Shown: positions 25,390 to 39,466 of the stretch, one piece after another
Position numbering within the stretch: the stretch's first letter is position 1
Layout of the letters: each line of letters opens with the position of its first letter
DNA from: Saccostrea echinata
Taxonomy: Eukaryota
Assembly (NCBI RefSeq): GCF_033153115.1
Contig: NW_026889778.1
Location: 27,590,001 to 27,654,000 of the forward strand
DNA: 64,000 nucleotides
Reading direction: 5' to 3'
Notes under the pieces: model-generated
Seen by the model: the letters and a program-made list of their open reading frames with translations, nothing else
Told to the model about the DNA's origin: nothing
The model's database searches: none
Made by a program: the position numbers and the translations under genes

Positions 25390-27589
25390 AGTTTGAAGGA
25401 AAAAATAAAATTGGTAACTCAAAGGAACTGTTATTAATCATATCATAGATGTTATCATGTTTCTTCCATAGATAATAAAGGTTTATAACGTTTTCAATTT
25501 TTAATTTTTACTGGAATTGCAGTAAATGACATGAAAAAAGAGAAAAAAGTTCATCAAAGATCTAAAAAGTATGTTATGTTATGACATTTAAGTCGAGTTG
25601 CATTTTATCTCTCTTAAAAAGTTATTTAATATGCATCTAAAAAAAAAAACAAATAACAAAGATTTTGTGCTGACCACATTATGATGGCATGAATTTTTAT
25701 GCATTGCGTAATGTTCATTCATTCAAAGGTTTGCTTTAATATGTACGATTATCCAGATCAAACCAGATTAATAGTTAAAATGCAATAAAAAAAAAAGCTT
25801 GCGGGGCGATATTTTTAGTAAATTGGCAAGTTAGCAATGAAAACATTTAATAAGTCTTTTCCTAAATAGTTAATAAAACAAGAATGTGAAATGGTAAAAA
25901 CTTATATATTCTTATTATTATAGACTATATTCTTATTATTATTGACAATGAAGGCAATTTTAAAGTTGAAAAACATTTAGTTTTTTGGCGAGTTGGCAAA
26001 CGTGGCCACGACCTTATAGGCCTGCAGAGTGTTAAATGGCTAGCCCTATCATTAGAGCAATATACATTACATTAAGCATAATAATATGCATTACATTATA
26101 AATTACATTATACATTACATTATGCATTACATACGTTATACAACATTATCAACTGAGAGCAAATGGTTCAAAACATTGTTTTGTACGTCTTGGAATACTG
26201 TCCAATGTTTGGTCCTCTATTCAGATTTATGAAAGAACTATCTTTGACTTGATTACTTTAAAAATACATAATTTTTTTAGCAACAGTTTTAAGAATAGAA
26301 TTTGCCTGTTTCTGATAAAATAGATAAAAAAAGAAAAAGAAACAGGTTTGCTTAAAAATAAGCAAAAGCATGTGAAATAGTAAATACATATCCATTTACA
26401 AGTACAGATACTAGCATATATCAATAGTAAATAAATATTGTCTAAGTTAAACAAAAAACGATGATAGGCGAGAATTTAAGAATCTGAATTTACTGAATGA
26501 AACTGAAATCTTAATTGTGAAAGACAAGACTTTGGATTATACAACATGTAGATTAGACATGTTTGCTGAGATAGCAACATGTATGGATTACATGAAAATG
26601 TTGAAAAAAAACATTAAAATAAAAATTGCTTCGAGTAGGGGTTACAGGATATATACGAAAAAATGCATCACGATGTCGGAGAGAGACTACAAAAATGGAA
26701 ATATCAAGCACATAATATTTTTGTTCAGAAAATGAATGAGCAAAGAATAGTCAGTTGGTTAGAAGCGGTTTTAAAACTTACTGAACTGAGGGAAATTGTT
26801 TTCTAGTCCCGTGATACAAGTATTAACATGAAAAATTGTCATTTTTTATATCCTGAGACCTCTTTATTTTTGGGTATGTGTTGTCATTGAAAGAAATTGA
26901 AGCATCCACTGATTGTTTTTCTCATTTCAGTTAATGTTGATTAGTACTTGTCAGCCACATTAATGTTGAGAGTAATATATTTGTAAATACTTTTTCTATG
27001 AAGCTTCTAAAAGATTGACACTTGACATCTTTTTCTCATATGCTGAGACATATCTATATTTAGATGTTTGTTGCTATAAATAGAAATGAAAACCCCTTCA
27101 AATAGTGTGCATGCTTGTTAGTGGTGTCCAACTTCTGTCATAAACATATTGATTTTTACAGCAAATTACCTAATTATCAAGCAATGACATCTAAACCTCT
27201 GCCAAATTTTGATTGTTCACATTGTTCTAATATGTATCTTTTTATGTTTCTAAAAACAGTCTTGAGATTCCACTGATATTTCTCTCATTAGATGAAATTA
27301 CTGATCATGTAATATGAAAACACAGAAGATTTGAAAATATTCCGAGGACAATTTCTTATTAAGTCTGAATTTCTCAAAAAAGCTTAATTTTTCATTTTGC
27401 GTACTTGTCATTTTGTACGACGTTTTTCCTACAGGTGAATTTGTTTAGGAAAAAAGCGATTATTTGCCCTGCATACCTTAAAAGAGCATGTAATCTTACG
27501 AAAACATAATTAATGGTTGATTGTACATCATAAAGATAAAAATGCTTTTAGAAATGGATCCAGCAGTTAAGCCAAAAACAGCCTCCCCA

Positions 27590-28280
27590 ACCAAAAATGG
27601 ACTCTTTCAGTTCAAAGTAATATGATTTCGGGTTATGCATTGCCCAGGCAATGTTCAAAACTTAATGGACTACAATGGAACATTTTTTGTGTACCTGGAT
27701 GACATTTTTTGTCATAGCCAAAACGTTTAAATAAATGGTTAAGAATAGTGAAGCTGTATTTGAGCGATTGAGACCCTGTAGATCTGATCTCTATAAAAGG
27801 ATAAAAATGTTTGCCTTTCTCCAACAATGTTGATACCTCATGCCATGTAATATCTGAAAAAGGCAATGTCATAGATCCAAAGAAGACAGAAGCAATTAGA
27901 AATTGGAGTACAGTTATAAAAAAGAACTAAGTGCAAAAATCACTGTATAAACTGACAAATAAGTGTGGACAGCGCAGGGCCAAGAATCGTTCGATATATA
28001 AGAGTAAGCTCACATAAACTCCAATGTTTACATTCCCAAAGCTTGAGAGGGAATTCACCTTGGACACAGATGCCAGTGATACTCCAATATGAGCCGTACT
28101 GTCACATATATGGAGATAATGAGAGGGCCCTAGCTTCTGCAAGCTGCTCACTAACGAAATTGGAAAGAGACTATAGCGTAACAAAGATAGAGCTTCTTGC
28201 CATCGTTACACTACAATTACGGGAAGTCTTTCACCATACGAACAAACCACAGATCATTAAAATTGCTCCTTAAATTCAGG
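27590..28280 (+). mobile_element. Highly decayed Ty3/Gypsy pol relic (RT-RNase H)
   Basis: FQFKV..FGLC, YLDD (tgtacctggatgac at about 27690), DPKKTEAI, FTLDTDASD, ERDYSVTKIELLAIV, FTIRTNHRSL; many stops and frameshifts. Confidence 0.85.
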
Positions 28281-31200
28281 ACCAAGTTGCTGTCCTCTGA
28301 AAAAGAACCGCAATACTTCGACCATATGCATTTGTTTCTGAACGAAATTCAAAGAAAATTAATTGTCATCGTTATTTAAGTCGATGAATAGGATTTTACA
28401 GTGTGATGCACAGGTTGTTATTTCTATTTTATTATTTTTTTGCTTGTCAACTCTTTATGGAGGTTGCCCCCTTTGAAATCCGTTGCTTTGGGCTTGATGT
28501 GCCTGCGGTGTGACCTAGACCCCCTCCCGCCCTTTTTAAACACTGCTGGATCCGATCCTGTACTCGAACACTAGAGGGTCTCGAGTTATCTAAAGCGATG
28601 CTAGGTTATCGATTAACTCTATCAAATTGATAGACACAAAAAACACAAAAAAGTTTAATTTTGTGTATGGTCTTTTTCTCTGTCTCTTTTTAAATAACGG
28701 AATGGATAATATACAAGATCTGCAATCGTAACTTCTCGGCAAAACAACGTGTTTTTCCGAGCTCGCCAGAAAGGTCTGAGAAGATGCGATTGATAATTTC
28801 ATCGCACTTGTGTAGACTTAGGCTATTTAGTCTTGCAAGCACAAGTGTGTGCACTGCTTGCTAGTGACACTTAGACTGGTGACAGTATTTGGTACGGATA
28901 TGAAGAACTATACACAAGTTTCATAACATGTGCAGTTTTTTTCTTTCTTATGAAACGGAAATGGTTTTTGTCGTTTAGTTTCGTATAAAACGTTAGACGT
29001 ACGTTTTTATTTAATTTCTTAAAAACTCAAAGTTATTAAACTGTCGAGGCACTGGGACTGCACTGAAATAATACACGCTGTATTATATTGTTTTGAAATC
29101 TCTCTAGAGACGGTGTTTGCTATACATGTAGTTCTTAGCAGTGTGTTGTCTTATACATTGTAGTAGGACCTGAATAAGGCATACAGTTGCGGAGGGCACC
29201 TAGCTGAGAGTATTCAATGGCCGGAACGAAAGACCTGAACAAGGAATTAAGTTGGTTGGCGACATTGTCGTCCTCAAAACCTGAATGAAGCCATCCGGCT
29301 AGCTGTTAAACTCGAGGCCTATAATCATGCGGAGAGCCAAAACCAGGTAGCAAAAGGCCATCTTTGAGTATCGGCATCGGAACAGTCATCTGTAACTGAA
29401 GTAAGCTAGATCAGTCTAGAGGCATGGATGAAGTCGATGAAGGCTAACAGGAATACGTTAACCAACGAGATCCAAAAACTGAAGCCGAATCGGTCAGTCA
29501 GAAGAGCCAGTGACAAACAACCGAGAGGTAAGCCATTGCATTGTTATGAATGTAACAAGTAAGGCCACGTAAAACGCAATTGTCCCAAGCTGAAGAGACG
29601 ACCCTGTGAAAGTGAACATAAGGAATCATAAGACAAAGAGGGATTAAGCAGGCCAGTACAAAGTAAACAGATCCCAAATAAGTTTGTCCTAGAGGATCAT
29701 TTGGTGTTGGATCTTCTATAGACGAAGCAGGCATGTACATAGACATCACTGAGCAAGGTGTACAAGCTAAATTCCTGGTTGACACAGGGGCAACACTGAC
29801 ATTATTGTCCTCAGCAATGTATGAGAAAATTACAGAGATATCAGGCCAAAGCTACAGAGGGTTAACCAGAGTTTATTAGCTGCAAATGGAAGTGAACTGT
29901 CTGTCAAGGGTAAGACGGACCTGATTCTTAATATTGAAGATATGGTAGTACACATTACTGCAGTCATTGCGGAGATTAAGGCAGATGGAATACTGGGTCT
30001 AGACTTTCTACTGTCGAATGCATGTACGGTAGATATGGATAAGAAAGTGCTTCACTTCAGAGATAAGATAATACCACTGTTTGTGGAGGGCCACATAGGC
30101 TGCAACAGAATAAGAACAACAGAAACAGTCAGCATACCTCATAGAAGTGAGATCATCACGCAGGGACAAGTCTCAAAGGACTGCAAACATGTTCCAAGGA
30201 ATTCCTGTTTAGTTGAGTCTTTTGCATCTGGTTTGCCAAGGTAAGGCTATATCACAGCCAGAACACTTGTCTTACCTCAGGAGAATGTACCAATCCATTT
30301 GCTTAATGTTGACGAGGAAGCCAAAGTCATTTACCCAGGTACGGTAGTTGGACAACGAAGTGAAGTCAGAGTAGTTGAGTCACAAGAGGATACTTCAGGC
30401 AAATCTAAGAAATTAAGACCTGATTTGGTTGATATGATGAAGAAAACTTCAAGCCACTTGACACGAAAGTAGAAAAGGGAAGCTCATATATATTTATATG
30501 AATATACAAATCTATTTGCAAAGTCTGAAAAAGATTTAGGGCGTACAGGCACCGTCAAACACAGTATTGATACTGGGGATCACCACCCTATCAAAATACC
30601 CCCAAGAAGAGTACCAACTCATCTTACTAAGGAGGTTGACAAACAGCTGAATTACATGCTTGAAAGAGGTTTGATTGAGCCATCAGACAGCCCATGTTCA
30701 GCGTCTATTGTATTAGTGAAAAAGAAAGATGGCACCATCCGCTTTTGCATTGATTATCGCAAGTTAAATAGCTGTACAATCAAGGATGCATACCCCCTTC
30801 CCAGAATAGATGAGACACTGGACCAGTTGAGTGGTAGCTCATGGTTCTCTACTCTAGATATCTGTTCAGGATATTGGCAGGTAGAGATGGAGCCAGAAGA
30901 CAAACACAAGAAAGCGTTTGCTACACGTCGTGGACTATTCAAGTTTAAGGTCATGTCATTCGGCTTATGTTGTGCTCCTGCAACATTTCAGCGCCTAATG
31001 GAAAGTGTCTTGACAAGCCTTCACAGGGATATCTGTCTAGTTTACCTAGATGACGTGATAATGACAGGCAACATATTCGAAGAAATGTTGGCAAACCTTA
31101 GAAAGGAATTTGACAGACTTAAAAATGCAGGCCTTAAACTCAAAGCAAAGAAATGCTGCTTGTTTGCCAAGAAGGCGACTTACCTTGGACATGTAGTATC

Positions 31201-31717
31201 AGAGGAAGGTGTAGCGACTGACTCAGACAAGATAGCTGCAGTAAAACAGTGGCCAGTGCCTACGAATGCCACTGAGGTACGCTCATTTCTTGCAGCTATT
31301 ACAGAAGATTTATCGAAAATTTCTTAAGCATTGCAAAATGCCTTCACAAATTGACAGAGAAAGGTCGCGCCTTTGTCTGGTCTAATGAATGTCAAGAGGC
31401 AGTTGACACCCTTAGAAATAAGCTTACCAATACTCCCGTATTAAGTCATCCAGGCTTCTTTCATCCCTTTATTTAAGACACCGATGCAAGCAATGTGTCT
31501 ATTGGCGCAGTCCTATCACAAAAGATTGATGGTCAGGAGAGGGTTGTAGCTTATGCAAGTCGGACACTGGCAAAGTGTGAGTGCAGATACTGTGGAACAC
31601 GAAAAGAATTGCTTGCGGTTTTCCAATTTGTCAAGCATTTTAAGCATTACCTCTATGGTAAAAAGTTTATAGTTCGCACAGACCATAACTCTTTAAGGTG
31701 GCTTTTCAAGTTTAAAA

Positions 31718-32015
31718 CGTCGCCCGCGTGGCGCAGTGGTTAGAACGTCAGCTCTAGAGTCGCGAAGTAAGGAGATGATCCTTACGTCGCGGGTTCGAAT
31801 CCCCCTGTGTGTCGTGGAGACCGGTCCTTCGGATGAGACCGTATAAACCGAGGTTCCGTGTCGCAGTAGGTGCTTGCACGAAAAAGATCCCTCACTGCTC
31901 AATGGCCGCAAGTGCCGAGTATAGGACAAAATTTTCAGCTCTCCACCGGCAAGTGGTGGCGTCTCCATATGAGTGAGAAAATCTCGAGAGGGACGTTAAA
32001 CAACATACAAACAAA
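31718..32015 (+). mobile_element. tRNA-derived SINE, family 1, inserted in the Gypsy RNase H region
   Basis: A and B boxes, Deu-like core, (CAAA)n tail, and an 11-bp TSD CAAGTTTAAAA at 31707-31717 and 32016-32026. Confidence 0.97.
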
Positions 32016-33584
32016 CAAGTTTAAAAACCCAGAAGGGCAGTTTGCACATTGGTTGGAAATCCTTAGTACATATAGTTTAGAGATACAACACCGACCAGGA
32101 ACCCAACACAGTAATGCAGACACACTGAGTCGTGTGCCATGTCGCCAATGCGGTTCCATACTGGGAGAAAGATTGCGAAAGTAACAAGCAAGAAGTGAGA
32201 ACAATAGCACAAGCCAGTGGGTCAAAGGAAGATGATGGCGATCCAATTTTGTCGATGAAGGACATGCAAGACAAAGACAAAGATTTATCCCTTGTCAAAT
32301 GTTGGGTCAAAAAAAAAGGACAAGACCTGAGTACAGTGAGATGAGTGGCCAAGGATATGTGGTACGATCTTTGTGGTCACAGTGGAACAATCTCTGTATT
32401 GAGAATGACATTCTTTATAGAAGATTTGTAGAGGAAGATGGAAAGACTATCCGCTTGCAGGCTATTGTACCACGAAGCAAACGACGGACAATATTTGAGT
32501 TCTGTCATGATTTGAGGACAGCTGCACAACTTGGTATAAGTAAGACATTAGCTCGAATATGACAAAAGTTCTATTGGTCTGGTTTGCAAGCAGATTTCAG
32601 AATGTACATAGCTGGTTGTGAGAAATGTTGTAAGAGAAAGGATCCTCAAATGAAAAGAAGAGCAACCATGGAGTTGGTTGAAAGTGGTTTACCCATGGAC
32701 AGGGTCGCCACAGACATCCTGGGAAACTACCAACGACTGAGGATGGCAACAAGTATATTTTGGTTGTTTCGGATTATTTTACAAAATGGACCGAATCTTT
32801 CCCTATGCCGAACATGGAAGCCAAGACAGTTGCAAGACTTGTTGTTGAAGAAGTGATTGCCCGGTTCGGTGTGCCATCATTAATTCACTCTGACCAAGGT
32901 CGTCAGCATGAGAGTGTGCTCTTTGAAAAGATGTGCCAGGTTCTTCAGATAAAGAAAACACGAACCAGCCCCTACCATCCACAAAGTGATGGAATGATAG
33001 AGCGTTTTAACAAGACGTTAGTAACAATGTTAAGTGCTTATGTGAATGACCATCATTCTGATTGGGACAAACACTTACCATTTGTAATGGTGGCTTACAG
33101 GGCTTCCATTCACGAGACAACTGGCTACACTCCCAACTACCTGATGCTGGGAAGAGAAGTGTCCACACCAATTGACATCGTGTTTGAGATGCTCAGATCG
33201 GTTTGACAAATTCCAAAAGATAAATGGCCATGGGAATTAAAAAAAAACATGGAAAGTGCACACAAGCATGTCAGGGAGAATATTAAAATGGCAATGGTTA
33301 GGCAAAAGAAGTATCACGACCGAAAACTGTCATGGCAAAAATTTGAGCCCGGATGCCAAGTCTATGTTTTCTTTCCCATTCGGAAGGCAGGTCGCTCGCC
33401 AAAATTTACCAATTGCTGGCGAGGTCCTTACTACAAGGTGCTGTCAAAGATGACGGATCTTACCTACAAAGTTGACTGTGGACGTAAAAAGCCACAAGTC
33501 ATACATGTTGACAGAATACGTCGTAGGTACCCTCAAACTTTACAAGGCGAGATACCTGATGATGAGAGATCAGCACCAGAGGAA

Positions 33585-33957
33585 CCCTAACAAAAATTTA
33601 CTATAGTTAACTATTGTTTACTATAGTTAACTATAGTGAAAACTTTGATACTTTGATTTATTATGAAACTTTACGCTGAAACTTTTTTTGAGATTTCAAA
33701 ACTTAAAATCTCTAAAATTCAATAACAGTAATGTAAAATTTGGAAATAATGTGTGAATATACAAATAATACTTATACTTATTAAATACAATTTAATATAA
33801 AAAATGTGCAGGTATGAATTGAAGAACAAAAAATATAACGCTCTGAAATCCATAGTAAAAATACTTTGATTTACTATAGTGAAAAAACTTTGATACTATA
33901 GTAAACTATAGTTAACTATAGTAAACTATAGTTAACTATAGTACTTTTTTGTTAGGG
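33585..33957. mobile_element. 373-bp MITE with CCC...GGG termini and 2-bp TSD (CACTA/CMC-like)
   Basis: AA|ccctaacaaaaa ... tttttgttaggg|AA; sub-terminal actatagttaactatagt repeats; removing it restores the integrase reading frame. Confidence 0.92.
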
Positions 33958-34852
33958 AAGACCCTGAACCTCTCGGTGTGGAGGCATACACAGAAGACGA
34001 ATCAAATTATCGTTCTGATGGAGACCACATCCCTGTTAGACGCAAGAAGAAACCACAGTGGATGGAAGACTACGTGTTATACTAAGGAGATGTCACAGAT
34101 TTTCATGTGTTATATTGTATTGTACAAATGGTCATCCAATCAAGAAGAAACTTTTTGTATTTGTTTTAATTGTATTAAAGTTTGTAAATACATTGTATTT
34201 GGTCAACAAAAACCTGAGAAAACAAAGGGAATCACTCCGGTTCATTCTCCGAGGAGAAAAACCAATGTGTACCCCGTAAGGGTACACATTGGTATACAGA
34301 CGTTCTTCGTCAAGAGAAAAGTTGTCTGGACCACTGCCAAGTGGAAAGAGGGAGATAAGGATATGAAAAGAGTTGAAAAAGTAGAAAAATTTAAGAATGA
34401 GCAAGAGAAAAAGCATCTAATGAGACAGACAATCGAGCTCAAATGAGGCATTGATTTTTTATAAGCATTATAAGACTAAATTGCATTTTTCGTAGGAATT
34501 CTAGAAAGCATTTTTCAAGTGGCATGTATATGGTTGTAACCTGCAAATATTTTATTTTTTTAAGAATCAGTGTTAAAGTAAAAAGATTTTTTTTTTGTAT
34601 TATCATGCAGGACACACGAAGAGTGAAGCGTGGGTAAACTCATGATCAGAGATACTTCAAATTAGCTATTAGGAACACACTTATGGAGAAAAGATTATAT
34701 TTTGTCATTAGCCAATGAGAATTAAGTAAGCTAATTAGAAAAGTACAAAAGCGATGTCTTCTTAGTGCGGTAACATTCAATGAGAAGGCTGTCGGTAAGA
34801 AAGTTGAAGTACAGAAGTCGAGCTGCTGAATTATACTTAGAATAGGGTGAAA

Positions 34853-34939
34853 CAGGGATAAGACAGGATTTATTCAGCCAAGAAATATCATATTATACTA
34901 TATGCTTTTTCTTGGCTGAATAAATCTTACTATTTCCCT
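34853..34939. repeat. Inverted repeat
   Basis: gatttattcagccaagaaa pairs with tttcttggctgaataaatc, with imperfect outward extension. Confidence 0.8.
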
Positions 34940-35524
34940 CACGATCATGCTATAAATGTATATTAGACAAAATGAATATAAATGTTACATTGTTTTAAAA
35001 TGTTTCGAAAACATTGTTAAAACGTTACAGAAACAACAAAACTTTAAAGCTAAATGCTATAAAAAATCATGTTTTATTTGACGAAGTTCCTTTTTCTTAT
35101 AAATTACTACAAGAATATTTTAGAGCATATTGAGAAATAATAAGATTTAGACAAAAAAAATGATTCCTTAATATTAATTCCTCTAATTTTATGTCTTTCA
35201 TGCCACATTCCTAGTAACATTGTAAAAAAAAAATAGTACAAAAAGAGTTTAAAAATAGTTCTTTTCTAAGAAATTATGTAATCCAACAAAGTAACGTAGT
35301 GCATTCATTTTCTGCGGGATGTCGTGGGACACAGCGGGATGTCGAGACCAGGGCTGATGCAACCGATCCTTGTTGCAGACTATTTCCACGTGATCTATAT
35401 AGGCAAAGTCGTATCAAAGTTTCGAGAAACCAGGTAGCATTCTTGTAAGACAAAGAACAGGATATGGGGAATATTTGACATTGCCATATAGTATGTTAAA
35501 TTTAAATTAGTATTCTTTGTGTAC

Positions 35525-35700
35525 GTGAAAAGAAGAAAACACTTGCTGTGGCCTTCAACTCGACATTTAGATATATCGACGACGTATTGTCAATTAACAA
35601 TAGCTATTTCCATTCTTATGTCGATACGATATATCCTTGTGAACTTGAGATAAAAGATACCACGGAGTCTGACACATCTGTTTCATATTTGGATATTTTA
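35525..35700 (+). mobile_element. Penelope-like RT fragment containing the catalytic YIDD motif
   Basis: Translates as EKKKTLAVAFNSTFRYIDDVLSINNSYFHSYVDTIYPCELEIKDTTESDTSVSYLDIL. Confidence 0.85.
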
Positions 35701-38700
35701 TAAATTTTAAATATATAAATGTATTTATATATAGAGGGAGTATATATATTACTCTAATCAATCATATAACGGCTTATTGATAGAAATTCAGAGGCCTGTG
35801 CTAGGTGATAGGCAGTCGGGTCACAGTAAATGTTACGTGTATAAAACAAGGCCATTTTTAATTTATTATACGCATTGTACAGATGATCTAAGATGTATTT
35901 GACTTCAAAAACTGACTGGAATTTTAAAAAAAAAAATGTAGATAGTACAAATTGTAATTAAACTCAGAAAAATCTACATAAAATATGCTTTTGGAGAACT
36001 TTTATTGAAATTACGAAGAATATCAGGTACCGATATCGTCTTAATCACGATTCTGTGTACGACAGAGAAAATTATGGCTAAGAAACTGCTCGCAAGTAAC
36101 TGCTTTCAACTAACTCTCTTTTGCGACCGGAAATGCGAGCATTTCGTTTCCGTAGCTCTTTTCTAAGTGTGGGTAGATCCCACGATCCGTAATCATCCAT
36201 TATATCTATAAAATTGAAGCAAACGAGCAAGTTCTACGAGGTCGAAATTACGTTGACACTCTAAAATTGAAGGTACGAGTAGTCATGAACTTAAACGTGT
36301 TGTGCGCCACCTATAATTCAGGGAAGACAATGTGCAGTTTTATTTGCAATTAAATCACTCTGTTCTAAGTCGCTCCAGGAAGGTTTCCTTTTTGGAGTGG
36401 ATGCTGCGAGGGGAGTTTCGACAGCCTCGAATATTGTTTCGTTAATTTTGGAAGGATTTTCAACTATGATATCATACAGTACATTCATTTCTTCCATATT
36501 GGTGAGACAGCCGTTCCGTAGTATGCAACGTCATCAAAACAAAAAATATTACGTCACAATTATGTGAATTTGCATTACAGAGGTAGATTCAAAGGAAAAC
36601 AAAGAGATTATGTTTTTCATTATTTATTTTTCTTTTATTTACATTGCCAAGGCCACTTACATCATAAAAAATAATTTGAGTTTTGTTACTCAGCGGAGTT
36701 GAGTTGCTTTAACTTTCGTGGCACACTTTTTTGAGACGTAACTCAGGTGAGTAAAAAACTTAGAGTTAAACTCAGATTTGAGTTGAGTAAAATAAAACGT
36801 TCGTGGCCCCGGGGCCTGGACGTTAGGTGGTTGAAAAAAGTAGCAGTTCAGAAAAAAATCAGTATTTACAACTGTCATATAATTATTATTTTACATTTAG
36901 TTTATTTATAACCCAGTGCCTGTGTCCATAATCATGTCAAGCTGAACATTATAAAACAATTTATACGTCATTTTTAAAAATTGACGTCACAATGGTTTCG
37001 CCGATCTATTTGGCCTGTTGGGAAAATGTACATGGACATGACTTTTTTGAGCTATTATAGTGAAAATTAGAGGAGGCTAAGTTTCCAAGATAGAATACAA
37101 ACCTGGCAAAATATCACAATAGATTTAACAATGCGCCTCTCAGTATAAAATATGTGCTATGTAGATCAGTTCCGAATATAATCTAGATTGTCATATATAT
37201 TTTATCGATGACTTCAGCTACCTTTTTTGAAGAGTTCCATGTAAAAATTATCCGTAAAGTCATTATACATCACATAAAAGTATTTTTTCACATCATTTCT
37301 CGAGATGGTCAAAAAAGGGGTAATATATAGCATTTCATGTACACTTAATAGCGATTACATAAAGGTTGGATGTAATATTTACATAATGTAAAAAAAAAAA
37401 AAGGAAACAATAAACTACTACATGAGTGATAATATCGGATGGGAGGGGGTCGTGTCCAAATGCTCCTCTTATATTTATATTCTTAATATCACTATAGATC
37501 GACAGACCTACATGTATAATTGTATATAGAAACATAATATAAAAGTAACGAATGGCAGAGGGTAAAAGTGTTTTCATTTGATTGTCAAAAATCGCATCGT
37601 TTGCTTGTTCTCCTTCTGTATTAATATCCAAAAAGCATTGCCTATCTGCGAGCACATGCAAAACTTAAATTCTGACTTGTTTACTAAAACAGATATTAAT
37701 CTTTGCTAAGAAATGATAAGTATATATCCACTGATATCTGTGCATAAGTGAAATATTCTCGAACGGGACTCGTACATGTAATTCAGTGATCGTAGAAAAT
37801 ATAGCTGATTTTATTTTTGTTAATTGTTTCAACTCAAGGGAAAATTTTAAATAAACTATATACAGGGTGTCATAGAACATAGAAACTGATTATTAAATGC
37901 ATATACAATGTATAAGCAAGGATAAATGAAAGGATTTATTGTGAAATGGATTCCGCGGTGCTGGATTTTGTAGAAAATGTCGTTTTCACTGGTTATTGAA
38001 AAAATAACTTCCAGGATATCAATATCAACAATCTAGTACGTACATGATCCAGCACAGACGTGCCCCCCCCCCCCCCAAACCGGTTAGAATTTTTTTTTTC
38101 TTGTGTACATTTTGTTTGCTTAACCTGTTTATAAGTTAGTAGTCTCAATTTATCCGCATGTAGCGTTCAGGCACGTATGTTCAGAGCTGATTCGAACTGG
38201 AAAAATGTTTCATGTCGAAAAAATCTTAACCTACCCCCTACATGGGTAAATAGTAAAGTTTTACTTGAAGTTAAACTACCACGATGAACATAATGATACT
38301 TTTCCCACGTCAACCTTTTCTTTTTTTACCTTTTTTAATTTTTGTCATCTTGAAAATAAACACTGAATTAATTATCAATAGAATGAATGTAGAACTATTT
38401 TGCTTTAATTTCTACTATATATGTGATTCAGGAACTATAAATATTTCATGTAATCAAAGCTCTCATTGAATAGAACCCCCCCCCCCCCCATAAAACATGT
38501 AAAAAGTATCAACTGTACTGTCTGCTTTCTTTCCTCCAAATAACAAAATGATATTAATATTGCTTTCTGTTTGTTGTGAACAAAGGGCCATCTACTTTCA
38601 GGGATAACTTAAGTTCACAATATTACATTTAGGTATTCTTAACATTATATTAGACCAAGTTAAAGTAATTAAATACAATATTATCAATGTAAGTAAACAA

Positions 38701-39466
38701 CAGTGATTTCTGTTCAGTAACACTTGATTGTCTTTGAACAATTTTCCTGGGGAAATAATTAAGGCAAGCACTTTATCCTTGAAATGAACTAGATTAGCTC
38801 ATAATGTACACCTTTATACATGTATGATAAAATATTCTCAAAGTCTAAAAAACGTTTTTCCTTGGTGTTTAGAACTTCCTTAAAATACGCTTGCATAGGT
38901 TGTCGTCACAGAGGTATCGATTACTTAGAGGAAGCAGTAAGGAATCCGCATGGGGGGGGGGGGGTATCCGGACCCCATCCCAACACCCACCACTTGTATA
39001 AAATTTATATAGTAAAATACCAAAAAATTGAAGGGGTAAGGGCCAAGAAAACTGTGTAAAGTTTGTAAGATATGGAGGAAGGTAAAGTGACATCCTCCTT
39101 TCAAAACAGGTTTTTCAGGTTTGGGTTATTTTTTTTATTTAAATAAGGTTTTCTCCTTTGGTTCGATCCTTTTTTTTTTGGAGGGGGGTTGGTTGGTATG
39201 GAACACCTCACTCCCTTTTCTGGGAAAAATTACAGGAAAATTCCTCAATTGCGCTGTTACATTTTTCCGCGAGTCGACATTTCTTTTCCGCGAAAAATCC
39301 CTCTTTACCGTGAAGTACTATAGTATTTTTTCTTTTCCGCGCAATTCTCTATTAACCAGTTAGTACCTTTTACTCCTTGTCTACCACGGGGATGAATTAA
39401 TGTACATTAAAGTCTCTGAAACATCGTTAAAAAGACCCAATAGATTGTAGGTCATCTATGCATTAA

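Larger units (their letters stand above)
29265..34085 (+). mobile_element. Decayed Ty3/Gypsy LTR retrotransposon internal region (partial gag, protease, RT, RNase H, integrase)
   Basis: Zinc knuckle CYECNK*GHVKRNC (about 29541); protease FLVDTGAT (29772); RT RFCIDYRKLN..YPLPRID..YLDD (30656-31327); RNase H DTDAS..ELLA..RTDH; integrase HSDQG..YHPQSDGMIERFN; GPY motif. The PR-RT-RH-IN order is Gypsy. Many stops and frameshifts; no matched LTR pair seen. Confidence 0.97.

Noticed and set aside
28580-29260. 5' LTR and primer-binding site of the Gypsy element (tggtgacag at about 28877)
   Set aside because: No matching repeat found after 34085 and no clear TG..CA boundary, so it could not be supported.
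31719-31812. Functional tRNA genes at the SINE heads (also 2030-2105, 11459, 63692, 24829, 49424)
   Set aside because: No complete cloverleaf; most are attached to SINE bodies with tails and TSDs.
33949-34446. 165-aa ORF as an env-like or extra Gypsy gene
   Set aside because: It starts inside the MITE, overlaps the true integrase tail in another frame, and has no recognisable motif.
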